The notes under the pieces are model-generated. The model was given only the letters and a program-made list of their open reading frames with translations, did not search any database and was not told the origin of the DNA. 64,000 bases of DNA. Source: Prochlorococcus sp. AG-347-J06. Lineage in GTDB: Bacteria > Cyanobacteriota > Cyanobacteriia > PCC-6307 > Cyanobiaceae. Position numbers and translations under genes: made by a program. Numbering within the stretch: the stretch's first letter is position 1; each line of letters starts with the position of its first letter. Positions 34,932-46,281 of this stretch are shown piece after piece. The stretch covers positions 1,618 to 65,617 of the forward strand of contig QCBT01000004.1 in the NCBI GenBank assembly GCA_003281525.1, given 5' to 3'.

Positions 34932-36176
34932 GTGGTAAGTACATTTTCTCGCAAAGATCAGAACTATAAAAATGACGATTTAAATCAACCCTCTAAAGAG
35001 GGAAGATTTGGAAAATATGGTGGTCAATATGTTCCTGAAACGCTAATGCCTGCTCTTTTTGAGCTTGAAACAGCTGCATCTAATGCATGGAAAGATAAAC
35101 TTTTTGTAGAAGAATTAAATCATCTCCTTAAGACTTATGTAGGAAGAGAAACACCACTTTATGAAGCCAAAAGACTTACTGAACATTACAAAACTAAACA
35201 AGCAACTCCTAGAATATGGCTTAAAAGGGAAGATTTAAATCATACTGGGGCTCACAAAATTAATAATGCCCTCGGACAAGCTTTACTTGCAATAAGAATG
35301 GGCAAAAAAAGAATAATTGCAGAAACTGGAGCAGGTCAGCACGGAGTCGCTACGGCTACTGTTTGTGCGAGATTTGGCTTGAAATGTATTATCTACATGG
35401 GTGCTGAAGATATAAAAAGGCAATCCCTTAACGTTTTCAGAATGAAACTTCTAGGAGCTGAAGTTAAAGTTGTAAATTCTGGAACTGCAACACTTAAGGA
35501 TGCCACTAGTGAAGCCATTAGAGATTGGGTTTCTAATGTCGAAACCACACACTACATTTTAGGATCTGTTGCCGGCCCACACCCTTTCCCAAAGATTGTG
35601 CGAGATTTTCATGCAGTTATAGGTGAAGAAACTAAAAAACAATGTTTAGAATCATTTGGATCTTTTCCCGATATTTTGCTTGCTTGTGTAGGTGGGGGAT
35701 CAAATGCAATGGGGCTTTTCCATCCTTTTGTTAAAGAAACTTCTGTGCGTCTTATTGGAGTTGAAGCCGCAGGAAGCGGAGTTGATACTGACAAACATGC
35801 TGCCACAATCACTAAAGGTTCAGTTGGAATTTTGCATGGATCAATGAGTCTTCTCTTGCAAGATGATAATGGTCAAGTACAAGAAGCTCACTCAATAAGT
35901 GCAGGTTTAGATTACCCTGGAGTAGGTCCTGAACATAGCCATTTAAAAGAAATAGGTAGAGCAGAATATGGATCAGTCACAGATCAAGAAGCTTTAGACG
36001 CTTTAAAACTTGTTAGTGAACTAGAAGGAATTATTCCTGCACTTGAAACTTCCCATGCCTTTGCTTGGTTAGATAAATTATGCCCTACTCTTGAAAAAGA
36101 TACTCATATAGTTATCAATTGCTCTGGAAGAGGCGACAAAGATGTTAATACTGTTGCATCTTCATTAGATATTTAA
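34932..36176 (+). CDS. trpB: Tryptophan synthase beta chain
   Basis: [37 protein letters not shown]. Confidence 0.99.
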   Translation: MVSTFSRKDQNYKNDDLNQPSKEGRFGKYGGQYVPETLMPALFELETAASNAWKDKLFVEELNHLLKTYVGRETPLYEAKRLTEHYKTKQATPRIWLKREDLNHTGAHKINNALGQALLAIRMGKKRIIAETGAGQHGVATATVCARFGLKCIIYMGAEDIKRQSLNVFRMKLLGAEVKVVNSGTATLKDATSEAIRDWVSNVETTHYILGSVAGPHPFPKIVRDFHAVIGEETKKQCLESFGSFPDILLACVGGGSNAMGLFHPFVKETSVRLIGVEAAGSGVDTDKHAATITKGSVGILHGSMSLLLQDDNGQVQEAHSISAGLDYPGVGPEHSHLKEIGRAEYGSVTDQEALDALKLVSELEGIIPALETSHAFAWLDKLCPTLEKDTHIVINCSGRGDKDVNTVASSLDI

Positions 36177-36527
36177 TCAATACCTTGGTATAGATGGGTC
36201 AATATATCTACTCCATCCATCAATACCCTCCTCCAAATTCCATATTTCGCTCACAATATTATTATCCAAGCACCATTGAGAAAAGTTATAACTTCTTATT
36301 CCTGCATGACAGGTAACTACAATTTCTCTACCTAATAAACCAGCAAATATTTCTTCAACATATTCAGATGTAACTTTACTAATTGGTATATGTAAAAATT
36401 CTTTTGAAAAACAAGCCAGTTCAAGCTCTGACTGCTCTCTTACATCAATCAAGACTGGATCTTCTTTCTCAGAATTAAACCAATCATTTAGACTAGAAGC
36501 ATTTATGGATTTTGGATAACTTCCCAA
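36177..36527 (-). CDS. Single-domain rhodanese
   Basis: LIDVRE, CHAGIRS active loop, L.EGIDGW. Confidence 0.9.
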   Translation of the reverse strand: MGSYPKSINASSLNDWFNSEKEDPVLIDVREQSELELACFSKEFLHIPISKVTSEYVEEIFAGLLGREIVVTCHAGIRSYNFSQWCLDNNIVSEIWNLEEGIDGWSRYIDPSIPRY

Positions 36528-36610
36528 TTTATAGGATAAATTATGTGTTATTTACAATTTAATAAATTAAGTTGCAGTAGGAAGTTTATTGTTAAAAATA
36601 AAAATAAACA

Positions 36611-38077
36611 TTGATAATGAAACTTAGAGTAATAGCAATAATCCTATTATTATCTTTATTACTTTTTTTTGGTTTTAAAAAAGTTTCTACTAATAAAAAT
36701 AAGGAACAAAGTACAAATATTGAGCAACTAAATATCTTAAAATATGCACCTGAAAACAATAAATTATTATTTATTTCAAATTTAGATAATTTTAATATTT
36801 TTAATAATAATGAAAAGGATAAAAATCCAATAAATAAAGATAACTTTTTTTTAATAAAAGACTCTATATTAGATTACTTAGGAATAGATCTAGACAACAA
36901 TAAATTAGAAGATATTTATAATAATGAACTTATAATCTCAACTTTTGAAAATAATAAAAAGCTTGAAGATGATATTTTGATTGTTTTTAAAATTAAGCCA
37001 GAAAAAACAATAGATGATTTATTAAATTTGCCTAATAAAATAGATCAGATTGATGAGATAATTTCAATTAATAGAGAAAACAAAATAAATTTTCTTAACT
37101 ATATATACCGAACCGACGATAATTATATAATTGCTTCATCAGATAAAAAATTAATCAAAAATAGTATTATCTCTAGTGAAAATTTTAAGAAAAAAAAATT
37201 TCAATATCAGGGAGAACTTGTTGGACTGAACAATGAAAAAAATATATTATTCACAAATAAATTTTTGGAAAGTAAATTTTTTAATAAAGAAATTTTTCCT
37301 GAGAATAATGGGGATAAAATTGCTACAATTTTTGACTTTAAAAATAAGCAACTAATTTTAAAATCATATTTACTAAATAATAAAAAAAACATTGATATTC
37401 TTACTTACGAAAAGTTAATGAATAAAGAGAATGGTAATGAAGATAATCCTGAAAATTTAATTTTTTGTGATATGAAAAATTTTGACAAACATCTTAATCC
37501 CTTAATAAATGATTTTCAACTAAGTTTTTTTGAAGAGTTTAATCAAAATAATAATCAAAACATTTTAATTCTCAATTCAAATAAAGATTGGCTTATTACG
37601 TTTGAAAAAAATAATGAAGATCAATTTGATTTAAGTGCTTTGAAAAAGCTAAAAGATTTCAACAAATATACTTTGAAACAAAATGAAGATATTTATTCGA
37701 TATATTCCAAAGATATTCTTGAAGAAAAAGACGATGTTATAAAACAATTATCTTTTGAAAATATCTATTCGATAGAATCAGAAGATTTACAAATCATAAG
37801 TAATAATTTAATTGATGGTAAAGAATTTGAGAAAATATCAAAAAAATTTTTTAACCTAAAAAGTAATAAAGATAAATCTGCTTTTCTTTATTCAAAAGTT
37901 GATATCAAAGATGGTAATTCTAATAAAATTGAATTTTTTTCTAATTTGCATGACCTTAATTTTCTCATTAAAAATATTTTAAAAATATCAAATGAAGAAT
38001 CGCTAGAAATCATAAGTCAGTCTATTCCTGAAAAAAATCCAATTATTTACAGAGAAACAATATTAAACATTCTTTAA
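36611..38077 (+). CDS. Hypothetical membrane-anchored Asn/Lys-rich protein
   Basis: 488-aa intact ORF; N-terminal hydrophobic helix; extremely AT-rich; no catalytic motif recognised. Confidence 0.7.
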   Translation: MIMKLRVIAIILLLSLLLFFGFKKVSTNKNKEQSTNIEQLNILKYAPENNKLLFISNLDNFNIFNNNEKDKNPINKDNFFLIKDSILDYLGIDLDNNKLEDIYNNELIISTFENNKKLEDDILIVFKIKPEKTIDDLLNLPNKIDQIDEIISINRENKINFLNYIYRTDDNYIIASSDKKLIKNSIISSENFKKKKFQYQGELVGLNNEKNILFTNKFLESKFFNKEIFPENNGDKIATIFDFKNKQLILKSYLLNNKKNIDILTYEKLMNKENGNEDNPENLIFCDMKNFDKHLNPLINDFQLSFFEEFNQNNNQNILILNSNKDWLITFEKNNEDQFDLSALKKLKDFNKYTLKQNEDIYSIYSKDILEEKDDVIKQLSFENIYSIESEDLQIISNNLIDGKEFEKISKKFFNLKSNKDKSAFLYSKVDIKDGNSNKIEFFSNLHDLNFLIKNILKISNEESLEIISQSIPEKNPIIYRETILNIL

Positions 38078-38203
38078 ATTAAATTTATTCAAACAAGCTT
38101 CAAAAACAATCATTTTAATTTTTTGCGAAGTTAATATCTTGTGGTTAATTAAAAATTATTTGACTATCTTTAATCTATAAGTATTTGATATTAAATTAAG
38201 CAA

Positions 38204-39349
38204 TTGGACAGTAACAAACTAATTTTAAAACCAGGATTAGAGGGTGTCCCAGTTACTAATTCATCCATATGTGATATTGACGGCAACAAAGGTAAATTAT
38301 TGTACAGAGGCTATTCCATTGAGGAACTATCCAAAAAAAGCAGTTTTTTAGAAACCGCTTACCTATTGATTTGGGGTGAATTGCCCACAGCTATTCAACT
38401 AAGAGATTTCGAACAAGAAGTTCAGATGCATCGAAGGTTAAGTTTTAGAGTTAGAGATATGATGAAATGTTTCCCTGCAACTGGTCATCCTATGGATGCT
38501 CTTCAATCTAGTGCAGCTTCTTTGGGGCTCTTCTATTCGCGTAGAGCAATAGATGATCCTAATTACATCTACAACGCAGTCATAAGACTAATAGCAAAAA
38601 TACCCACAATGATTGCAGCGTTCCAACTTATTAGAAAAGGACAAGACCCAATTCAACCAAGAGATGATCTAAGTTACTCATCAAATTTTCTTTACATGTT
38701 GACTGAAAAAGAACAAGATCCTATAGCAGCAAAAGTTTTTGATAGGTGTTTAATTCTACATGCCGAACATAGTTTAAACGCAAGTACATTTAGCGCTAGA
38801 GTGACTGCAAGTACTCTTACAGATCCATATGCTGTCATCGCCTCTGCAGTAGGAACCTTAGCTGGCCCATTGCATGGAGGGGCAAACGAGGATGTGATTG
38901 CGATGTTAGAAGATATTAAAACCCCAGAAAATGCTGGGTCTTTTTTAGATAATGCAATAAAAAATAAAAGTAAGATAATGGGCTTTGGCCACAGAGAATA
39001 TAAAGTCAAAGATCCTAGAGCAATAATTCTTCAAAAACTTGCAGAAGAACTTTTTATTAGATTTGGAGCAGATGAAATGTATGAAGTTGCTAAATCACTT
39101 GAGGCAGAGGCAATACCAAGACTTGGACCTAAGGGTATATTTCCTAACGTGGATTTTTATTCTGGCCTTGTTTATAGAAAACTTGGTATTCCTCGTGATT
39201 TATTTACTCCAATTTTTGCCATATCTAGAGTGGCTGGTTGGTTAGCTCATTGGAGAGAGCAACTTGGAGCAAATAGAATTTTCAGACCATCGCAAATCTA
39301 TACAGGTTCAGCACCAAGAGATTGGATCAGCTTAGAAAGTAGAGAATAA
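38204..39349 (+). CDS. gltA: Citrate synthase
   Basis: GLEGV, LHAEH..NAST, GPLHGGANE, GFGHR.YK..DPR, PNVDFYSG. Confidence 0.98.
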   Translation: MDSNKLILKPGLEGVPVTNSSICDIDGNKGKLLYRGYSIEELSKKSSFLETAYLLIWGELPTAIQLRDFEQEVQMHRRLSFRVRDMMKCFPATGHPMDALQSSAASLGLFYSRRAIDDPNYIYNAVIRLIAKIPTMIAAFQLIRKGQDPIQPRDDLSYSSNFLYMLTEKEQDPIAAKVFDRCLILHAEHSLNASTFSARVTASTLTDPYAVIASAVGTLAGPLHGGANEDVIAMLEDIKTPENAGSFLDNAIKNKSKIMGFGHREYKVKDPRAIILQKLAEELFIRFGADEMYEVAKSLEAEAIPRLGPKGIFPNVDFYSGLVYRKLGIPRDLFTPIFAISRVAGWLAHWREQLGANRIFRPSQIYTGSAPRDWISLESRE

Positions 39350-39424
39350 TATTTGCAGCTTTTCATAAAAAACACACATATTGTTTGTGAAGAGTTAATC
39401 TATTAAGTAAATAACATAAAAATT

Positions 39425-40543
39425 TTGGAATACGGATTAGATCTCGAATATAGTTTTAATGAATTCTTAAAAGGTTTTGGCCTTTCCAGCGAAATCGCTC
39501 ATATAATATGGCTCCCTCTTCCTATGCTTTTGGTTTTGGTAGCGGCAGTTGTTGGCGTTTTAGTAACAGTTTGGCTTGAAAGAAAAATATCTGCTGCTGC
39601 TCAACAAAGAATAGGTCCAGAATATGCTGGAGCGCTCGGCGTCCTCCAACCAATTGCAGATGGTCTTAAGTTACTTGTCAAAGAAGATATTATTCCTGCC
39701 AAAGCGGATGGGATTCTCTTCACTGCAGGACCTATATTAGTTCTTGTCCCAGTGATTCTGTCCTGGCTAATTGTTCCTTTTGGACAAAACCTTTTAATAA
39801 GTAACGTTGGCATTGGAATTTTCCTATGGATTGCTTTAAGCAGTATTCAGCCAATTGGCCTTCTTATGAGCGGATACGCATCTAATAATAAGTATTCTTT
39901 ATTAGGAGGTTTAAGAGCAGCGGCTCAATCAATAAGTTATGAAATTCCTTTAGCTTTATCTGTATTGGCTATCGTACTAATGACAAATTCTCTAAGTACT
40001 GTTGACATTGTCAACCAACAAAGTGGTGCTGGAATCCTAAGTTGGAATATATGGAGACAACCAGTTGGTTTTATAGTCTTTTGGATTTGCGCTCTTGCTG
40101 AATGTGAGAGACTTCCATTTGACTTACCCGAAGCTGAAGAAGAATTAGTTGCAGGATATCAAACTGAATATGCAGGGATGAAATTCGCGTTGTTCTATCT
40201 TGGTAGTTACATTAATTTAATACTTTCAGCTTTATTAGTATCAATACTTTATTTAGGAGGATGGGGTTTTCCTGTTCCAGTTGAATTAATAGCTAAATTT
40301 CTAAATTTGCCAATTAATGCACCCTTCATACAAGTTTTCACTGCATCAATAGGAATTGTTATGACTGTATTGAAAGCATATCTTTTGGTTTTCATTGCAA
40401 TATTATTGCGTTGGACAACTCCTAGAGTGAGGATAGATCAACTATTAGATCTAGGATGGAAGTTTCTTCTTCCAATTTCTCTTGCTAATCTTTTGATAAC
40501 TGCAGGATTAAAACTTGCATTTCCTCAATTCTTTGGTGGTTAA
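39425..40543 (+). CDS. ndhA: NDH-1 subunit A (NuoH homolog)
   Basis: [36 protein letters not shown]. Confidence 0.98.
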   Translation: MEYGLDLEYSFNEFLKGFGLSSEIAHIIWLPLPMLLVLVAAVVGVLVTVWLERKISAAAQQRIGPEYAGALGVLQPIADGLKLLVKEDIIPAKADGILFTAGPILVLVPVILSWLIVPFGQNLLISNVGIGIFLWIALSSIQPIGLLMSGYASNNKYSLLGGLRAAAQSISYEIPLALSVLAIVLMTNSLSTVDIVNQQSGAGILSWNIWRQPVGFIVFWICALAECERLPFDLPEAEEELVAGYQTEYAGMKFALFYLGSYINLILSALLVSILYLGGWGFPVPVELIAKFLNLPINAPFIQVFTASIGIVMTVLKAYLLVFIAILLRWTTPRVRIDQLLDLGWKFLLPISLANLLITAGLKLAFPQFFGG

Positions 40544-40611
40544 ACTTAAGTAAAAATACTTAAATTTAAAATTAATCCACTAAAATAAAATAACTAAGTA
40601 AATTTTTCGAA

Positions 40612-41238
40612 ATGAACAATTTCCTTCAACAAATAAATAGCTATATCAAAGAAGCATTTAATGCTGGTAAATATTTATACAATGGTATATCGGTAACTTT
40701 TGATCATCTTCGAAGAAGACCTGTTACTGTTCAATATCCATATGAAAAATTAATACCTTCTGAAAGATATAGAGGAAGGATACATTATGAATTTGATAAA
40801 TGTATTGCTTGTGAAGTTTGTGTGAGAGTATGTCCCATAAATCTCCCAGTAGTAGATTGGGTAATGAATAAAGAAACCAAAAAAAAGGAACTTAGAAATT
40901 ATTCAATAGATTTTGGAGTTTGTATATTTTGCGGAAATTGTGTTGAATATTGCCCAACTAATTGCCTATCAATGACCGAAGAATATGAATTAGCTACTTT
41001 TGACAGACACAATTTAAATTTCGATAATGTCGCACTTGGCAGACTACCCACAAATGTTACAACAGATCCTTCAGTTAAACCTCTAAGAGAACTTGCCTAT
41101 CTTCCTAAAGGTGTCATGGACCCTCATGAAATCCCAGCTTCAGATACAAGAGTTGGTAAATTACCTGAAGAAGTTTATGATTGGATGAGGCCTGAATCCA
41201 ATGAAAATAAAGATAAAGTTTCTAATCCAACTAATTAA
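40612..41238 (+). CDS. ndhI: NDH-1 subunit I
   Basis: Two CxxCxxCxxxCP 4Fe-4S motifs. Confidence 0.98.
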   Translation: MNNFLQQINSYIKEAFNAGKYLYNGISVTFDHLRRRPVTVQYPYEKLIPSERYRGRIHYEFDKCIACEVCVRVCPINLPVVDWVMNKETKKKELRNYSIDFGVCIFCGNCVEYCPTNCLSMTEEYELATFDRHNLNFDNVALGRLPTNVTTDPSVKPLRELAYLPKGVMDPHEIPASDTRVGKLPEEVYDWMRPESNENKDKVSNPTN

Positions 41239-41250
41239 TTTCCATAATTT

Positions 41251-41850
41251 ATGTCCATTGCCATAACAACACAATTTATTTGTTTTACAGTTTTATCTTT
41301 AGTTGTCATTATTGGAGCACTCGGTGTTGTGTTGCTCGAAAGTATTGTTTATTCAGCCTTTCTGCTTGGTGGAGTTTTCATGAGTGTTGCAGGATTATAT
41401 CTTCTATTAAATGCAAGTTTTGTTGCTGCAGCTCAAGTTTTAGTTTATGTGGGTGCAGTGAATGTATTAATAATTTTTGCGATAATGCTAGTCAATAAAA
41501 AAGAAGATTTAAAGCCTATCAGTGACATTAAATCGAGAAGAGTTATATCAACATCGATATGTTTAACACTTCTAAGCCTCTTAATAAGAGTTGACTTGAC
41601 CAATGTATGGAGCCTATCAAGTCCTGAAAACTCTATTGGCGAAGAATCAACTATTAGGATTGGTGAACATCTTTTTAGTGATTATTTACTCCCATTTGAA
41701 GTAGCTTCAGTCTTACTTTTAATGGCAATGATTGGGGCTATTGTTTTAGCTAGAAGAGATGTAATGAGCAAAGATATTTCGACAGGACTACCTGTTGATC
41801 AAGAGTTAATTGAAAAATCATCAGAACCATTACTTACAAATAAAAATTAA
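41251..41850 (+). CDS. ndhG: NDH-1 subunit G
   Basis: AAQVLVYVGAVNVL, LPFEVASVLLL. Confidence 0.97.
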   Translation: MSIAITTQFICFTVLSLVVIIGALGVVLLESIVYSAFLLGGVFMSVAGLYLLLNASFVAAAQVLVYVGAVNVLIIFAIMLVNKKEDLKPISDIKSRRVISTSICLTLLSLLIRVDLTNVWSLSSPENSIGEESTIRIGEHLFSDYLLPFEVASVLLLMAMIGAIVLARRDVMSKDISTGLPVDQELIEKSSEPLLTNKN

Positions 41851-41865
41851 CCTCTCTCTTTTATT

Positions 41866-42189
41866 ATGATGAATTTAGAATCAATTCCTCTTCAAGCTTT
41901 TTTAATAGTTTCTTCAGCACTATTTTGCATTGGTATTTGGGGATTATTAAATAGCAGAAATGCAGTCAGAGTTCTTATGAGCATTGAATTAATGCTCAAT
42001 GCGGTAAATATAAACTTGATGGCGTTTTCTTCCTATATTGATAATAATTTAATTCAAGGACAAGTTTTTACAATTTTTGTGATTACTGTTGCTGCCGCAG
42101 AAGCAGCTGTTGGATTAGCTATATTGTTATCTCTTTATAGGAATAGGGTGACTGTAGATATGGAAAGTTTTAATTTATTAAAATGGTAA
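41866..42189 (+). CDS. ndhE: NDH-1 subunit E
   Basis: [27 protein letters not shown]. Confidence 0.98.
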   Translation: MMNLESIPLQAFLIVSSALFCIGIWGLLNSRNAVRVLMSIELMLNAVNINLMAFSSYIDNNLIQGQVFTIFVITVAAAEAAVGLAILLSLYRNRVTVDMESFNLLKW

Positions 42190-42198
42190 AAGCATTAA

Positions 42199-43110
42199 AT
42201 GAAACTTTCATTAGTGCTCATTATATATCGTTCAGATAGTTCTATAGCTCAACAGGCTTCAAAATTCTGTGAAGAAGTTCTTAAAGCAAAAAATATTAAA
42301 TCAAACAGGATTGAAAGTGATTTTCATAAAGATGAAATTGAAAAATATTTTTCTAATTCAGAATCACAACCAAATATTGGCATAGTTCTTGGTGGAGATG
42401 GAACCTTCCTGAAATGTGCAAATGCATTAGCTGATTATGATATTCCTTTGTTAAGTATTAATATTGGAGGTAATTTGGGTTTTCTTACTCAAGAGAAAGA
42501 ATTTTTATTTGACAAATCTTTTATTGAAATCCTTGAAAAAGAAGAATATTTAATTGACTTTCGTAATAGATTAAATTGCAATGTTTGTATTGAGGGGAAA
42601 AGTTCTGAGAAAAAAATCACAAAAAGCTATAACGCCTTAAATGATTTTTATTTTAAATCCGTTGAAGAAGATATTTCTCCGACCAACCAAATACAAATTG
42701 AAATAGATAATGAGAAGGTAAATGAATATAAAGGTGATGGATTGATTGTAGCTACAACTACGGGTTCAACAGCCTACTCAATGGCTGCAGGAGGTCCAAT
42801 AGTACATCCAAGCATAGATGGAATGATTATTAACCCTATATGCCCGATGAGTTTGGCTAGTAGACCAATCGTCATACCTAATACAAGTACAGTAATCATT
42901 AAGCCAGTAAAAAAAAGTAAAGGGGAAATTAAATTATGGACTGACGGTTCAAAATGTATGACCATTAAGGAAAATTATTATTGTGAGATTAAGAAAGGAA
43001 AATCACCCTGCAAAATAATAAAGTTTAAAAAAAGCACAAGTTACTATAATACCTTAATAAAAAAACTAGATTGGAAAGGCGATTTGTCTCCAAAAAATTT
43101 CAAAAATTAA
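42199..43110 (+). CDS. nadK: NAD+ kinase
   Basis: [31 protein letters not shown]. Confidence 0.95.
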   Translation: MKLSLVLIIYRSDSSIAQQASKFCEEVLKAKNIKSNRIESDFHKDEIEKYFSNSESQPNIGIVLGGDGTFLKCANALADYDIPLLSINIGGNLGFLTQEKEFLFDKSFIEILEKEEYLIDFRNRLNCNVCIEGKSSEKKITKSYNALNDFYFKSVEEDISPTNQIQIEIDNEKVNEYKGDGLIVATTTGSTAYSMAAGGPIVHPSIDGMIINPICPMSLASRPIVIPNTSTVIIKPVKKSKGEIKLWTDGSKCMTIKENYYCEIKKGKSPCKIIKFKKSTSYYNTLIKKLDWKGDLSPKNFKN

Positions 43111-43584
43111 ATGGCCCTAGAGATAGAAAGAAGATTTCTTATAAAAAATGATAATTGGAAGGAATTCATAAATAAAAAAATTTGTATTGAACAAGGATAT
43201 TTATCCAAAAGTTTAGATGGTTGGATTGTTAGGGTAAGGCTTATAGGCAAAAATTCTAAAATTGCACTAAAAAAACATATCAAAGGCTTTACCAACTTTG
43301 AATTTGAATACTCCATTGCACGAAGCGATGCTGAAACAATAATGTCAAATCTTTCAAATACAATAAAAAAAGATAGATACTTTCTAGAAATTGAAAAAAA
43401 ATCTTGGATTATAGATTGCTTTAAAGAAAATAATTATCCACTCGAAATTGCAGAAATTGAACTTTCTAATGAAGAGGAAGATTTAGTTCTTCCATCTTTC
43501 ATTTCAAAAGAAATTACTGGGCTGACTCATTACTCCAATTTCAATCTTGCTAACAATCCTTTTTCAGAGTGGAAAGAAGAATGA
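43111..43584 (+). CDS. CYTH-domain triphosphatase
   Basis: EIERRFL, QGYL, EFEY, AEIEL, YSN. Confidence 0.9.
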   Translation: MALEIERRFLIKNDNWKEFINKKICIEQGYLSKSLDGWIVRVRLIGKNSKIALKKHIKGFTNFEFEYSIARSDAETIMSNLSNTIKKDRYFLEIEKKSWIIDCFKENNYPLEIAEIELSNEEEDLVLPSFISKEITGLTHYSNFNLANNPFSEWKEE

Positions 43585-43675
43585 CTAACAACTTTAAAAA
43601 GTAACTAGTCAGAATAACCACTGATCCTTTATATTTTCTTTATATTTAAGCAAAGTATTTTTTTATTTTCTTCAG

Positions 43676-43816
43676 ATGTATGGTCTTTACGACAAAGAAG
43701 GAATATTGAGATTTGTCGATTCAGACAAAGATGCATGTATTGCATATGCTGAACTCTTCGAATTAGATTCTACAAATTATTGTCTAATAGATTTGGCAAA
43801 TGATACAAAAAAATAA
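43676..43816 (+). CDS. Small 46-aa protein missed by the ORF track
   Basis: MYGLYDKEGILRFVDSDKDACIAYAELFELDSTNYCLIDLANDTKK*; coding-like composition inside an otherwise T-rich gap. Confidence 0.7.
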   Translation: MYGLYDKEGILRFVDSDKDACIAYAELFELDSTNYCLIDLANDTKK

Positions 43817-43825
43817 AGGGTTATA

Positions 43826-44104
43826 CTAGTCTTGATCAGAGTCTGGGAGTGTACAACAATTAAACCCATCTCTACAAATCTTTCCGTTGTCCATTGCCCA
43901 ATTCAAGAGTGCTACTCTATTTTTAGAACCAGTTTTTGTAAACATATTACTTACATGATTATCAACAGTTCTTTTACTAATAGTAAGTTTTACCGCAATT
44001 TCTTGATTTGTAAGCCCATCGGCTACGAGATCAATGATTTCCATCTCTCTTGCTGAGAGACCCATCATGTCAATGTTGTTTACTTCTTCATCAACCATTT
44101 GCAT
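43826..44104 (-). CDS. pedR: Stand-alone LuxR HTH regulator, PedR-like
   Basis: LSAREMEIIDLVADGLTNQEIA..ISKRTVDNHVS; C-terminal C-x5-CC. Confidence 0.8.
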   Translation of the reverse strand: MQMVDEEVNNIDMMGLSAREMEIIDLVADGLTNQEIAVKLTISKRTVDNHVSNMFTKTGSKNRVALLNWAMDNGKICRDGFNCCTLPDSDQD

Positions 44105-44181
44105 TTAAACAGTTCCTTTTTTATATTAATTAAGTTTAGCAATCTCAGTACACTTGTTAACCAACTAGGAAACAAAGGCAA

Positions 44182-45072
44182 TTGAAATCAAAACTTCAGC
44201 AGACTTTAGAAAAAAGATCTAAGGTAATAACAGCAGAATTAATGCCGCCAAGAGGTGGAAGCCCCATAAGATCTCTTAAGATAGCACAACTTTTGAAAGA
44301 TAAGGTACATGCTGTTAACATTACCGATGGAAGCAGAGCTGTAATGAGAATGTGCAGCTTGGCAATGTCCAAACTATTACTGGAAAATGGGATAGAACCA
44401 GTAATGCAAATTTCTTGCAGAGATCGTAATAAAATTGCTTTACAATCAGACATTCTGGGAGCAAATGCTTTAGGAATTAAAAACATCTTATGCATTACCG
44501 GTGATTCAGTAAAAGCTGGGGATCAACAAGATGCTAAGGCAGTACATGAGTTTGAGTCAGTTAGATTACTTCAACAAATTCAGGCTTTCAATAAAGGAAT
44601 GGATCCTACTCTAGGAGAACTTTCCGATAAAAAAACATGTATTTTTGCTGGTGCTGCAGCTGATCCAAATTGCAAAAATAAAAGAAGTTTAGAAAATAGA
44701 TTGAGAAAGAAAAAAGAGGCTGGAGCTGCATTTGTACAAACTCAAATGGTTATGGACAAAGAAAATTTGATAGAGTTTTGTGAAGAAATTACCAAGCCTC
44801 TTAAAATTCCAGTAATTGCTGGTGTATTCCTATTAAAGTCCTACAAAAACGCTCTCTTTATAAACAAATACGTTCCAGGCGCAAACATCCCTGAGAATAT
44901 CTTAAATCGTCTTAAATATGCTAAATACCCTTTACAAGAAGGTATTCAAATTGCATCTGAACAAGCTCATGATTTTATTAATATCGCAAATGGTGTTCAT
45001 CTGATGGCCGTAAAAGCAGAGCATTTAATTCCTGAGATTCTTAAAAACGCTAATCTTAGTCTGGAATATTAA
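44182..45072 (+). CDS. metF: Methylenetetrahydrofolate reductase
   Basis: AELMPP, NITD, CRDRN, LCITGD, QTQ motifs; TTG start. Confidence 0.9.
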   Translation: MKSKLQQTLEKRSKVITAELMPPRGGSPIRSLKIAQLLKDKVHAVNITDGSRAVMRMCSLAMSKLLLENGIEPVMQISCRDRNKIALQSDILGANALGIKNILCITGDSVKAGDQQDAKAVHEFESVRLLQQIQAFNKGMDPTLGELSDKKTCIFAGAAADPNCKNKRSLENRLRKKKEAGAAFVQTQMVMDKENLIEFCEEITKPLKIPVIAGVFLLKSYKNALFINKYVPGANIPENILNRLKYAKYPLQEGIQIASEQAHDFINIANGVHLMAVKAEHLIPEILKNANLSLEY

Positions 45073-46234
45073 TCAAATCAGTACCTAATAATTCTGCCAT
45101 GGCTTTCTGCTGAGGCGATGGTTCAGTCAAATCTGATCTTCTTGAATCTGCTATTAACCAATCTAAAGATGCATCTTGCAAATCAAAATGATCTCCATTT
45201 TTGCCAACACAATATTTACCAAACACTAACTTATCCATAAGTCTTACACCTTTTCCAATTTTAGAATAATCAAAAATAATGGAGTTATCTATAGTTGCGC
45301 CCTCGCATATGCAACAACTTGGTCCAATCATGGAAGGGCCAATAATAGTTGCCCCGTCCTCGATCCTTGTCATGCCTCCTATATAAACCGGCCCGCTAAT
45401 ATTAACCTTTTCCCAGTTAGCCGCTACATTCAAACCGGTAAAAACTCCTGGTTTAATTTCCTTACCTGGTATTTGCACTTGTCTTACCTTACCTTGCAAT
45501 ACATTTCTAATAGCACTCCAATAATCAGGAACTTTTCCAATATCTACCCATTCAAAATCCATTGGTAATGCAAAAAATGGTAAATCCATTTCAACAAGTT
45601 TAGGGAAAAGATCAGCTCCAATATCAAATTTCTCTGCTGAAGGTATGTAATTAAAAATTTCTGGTTCGAAAAGATAAATTCCTGTATTTATAGAGTCACT
45701 TAAAGCTTGATCAACTGTTGGCTTTTCCTGAAAAGCCTTTATTCGACCATTTTCATCAGAAACTACGACGCCGTAACTTGATACTTGATCTTTAGTTACC
45801 TTCTTTGTTATTAAGCTCGCAATAGCTCCTTTCTGTTTATGTTTTTTAACAGCTTGAGTTAAATCTAAATCAACTAAGGCATCACCACATAAAACAACAA
45901 AAGTTTCATCAAAGAAATTTTGAAAATCCTGAATTTTTTTTAATCCTCCTGCGGATCCCAAAGCATCCCCTATTAATTCTCCATCTTCAATTCTTCCCTC
46001 AAAACTATAAGCAATTTCTACTCCAAATCTTTGACCATCCCTAAAATAATTTTCAATTTCTTCAGCCAGATGAGAAACATTTACCATTATTTCCTTAAAA
46101 TTATGTTCTCTTAAAAGTTCCAAGAGAAACTCCATAACAGGTTTTTGCAAAATCGGAATCATCGGTTTCGGAATAACATGCGTAATAGGCTGAACACGTG
46201 TACCTTTTCCTGCAGCAAGTATCATTGCCTTCAT
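45056..46234 (-). CDS. cugP: Cyanobacterial UDP-glucose pyrophosphorylase / NDP-sugar synthase
   Basis: MKAMILAAGKGTRV.PIT..IPKPMIPILQKPVMEFL, FQEKP, WVDIG, C-terminal beta-helix. Confidence 0.82.
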   Translation of the reverse strand: MKAMILAAGKGTRVQPITHVIPKPMIPILQKPVMEFLLELLREHNFKEIMVNVSHLAEEIENYFRDGQRFGVEIAYSFEGRIEDGELIGDALGSAGGLKKIQDFQNFFDETFVVLCGDALVDLDLTQAVKKHKQKGAIASLITKKVTKDQVSSYGVVVSDENGRIKAFQEKPTVDQALSDSINTGIYLFEPEIFNYIPSAEKFDIGADLFPKLVEMDLPFFALPMDFEWVDIGKVPDYWSAIRNVLQGKVRQVQIPGKEIKPGVFTGLNVAANWEKVNISGPVYIGGMTRIEDGATIIGPSMIGPSCCICEGATIDNSIIFDYSKIGKGVRLMDKLVFGKYCVGKNGDHFDLQDASLDWLIADSRRSDLTEPSPQQKAMAELLGTDLINIPD

Positions 46235-46281
46235 AAATTCAAATCCATTTTTTTAAATTATACGTTATTACTATGAAGCTC

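Noticed and set aside
39362-39400. Weak hairpin after gltA
   Set aside because: AU/GU-rich, large loop, no U-tract
43832-44056. 74-aa Cys-rich plus-strand ORF
   Set aside because: Fully antisense to the LuxR regulator; no motif support
44148-44161. GTA-N8-AAC near-NtcA box between the LuxR gene and metF
   Set aside because: Imperfect palindrome; too weak to support
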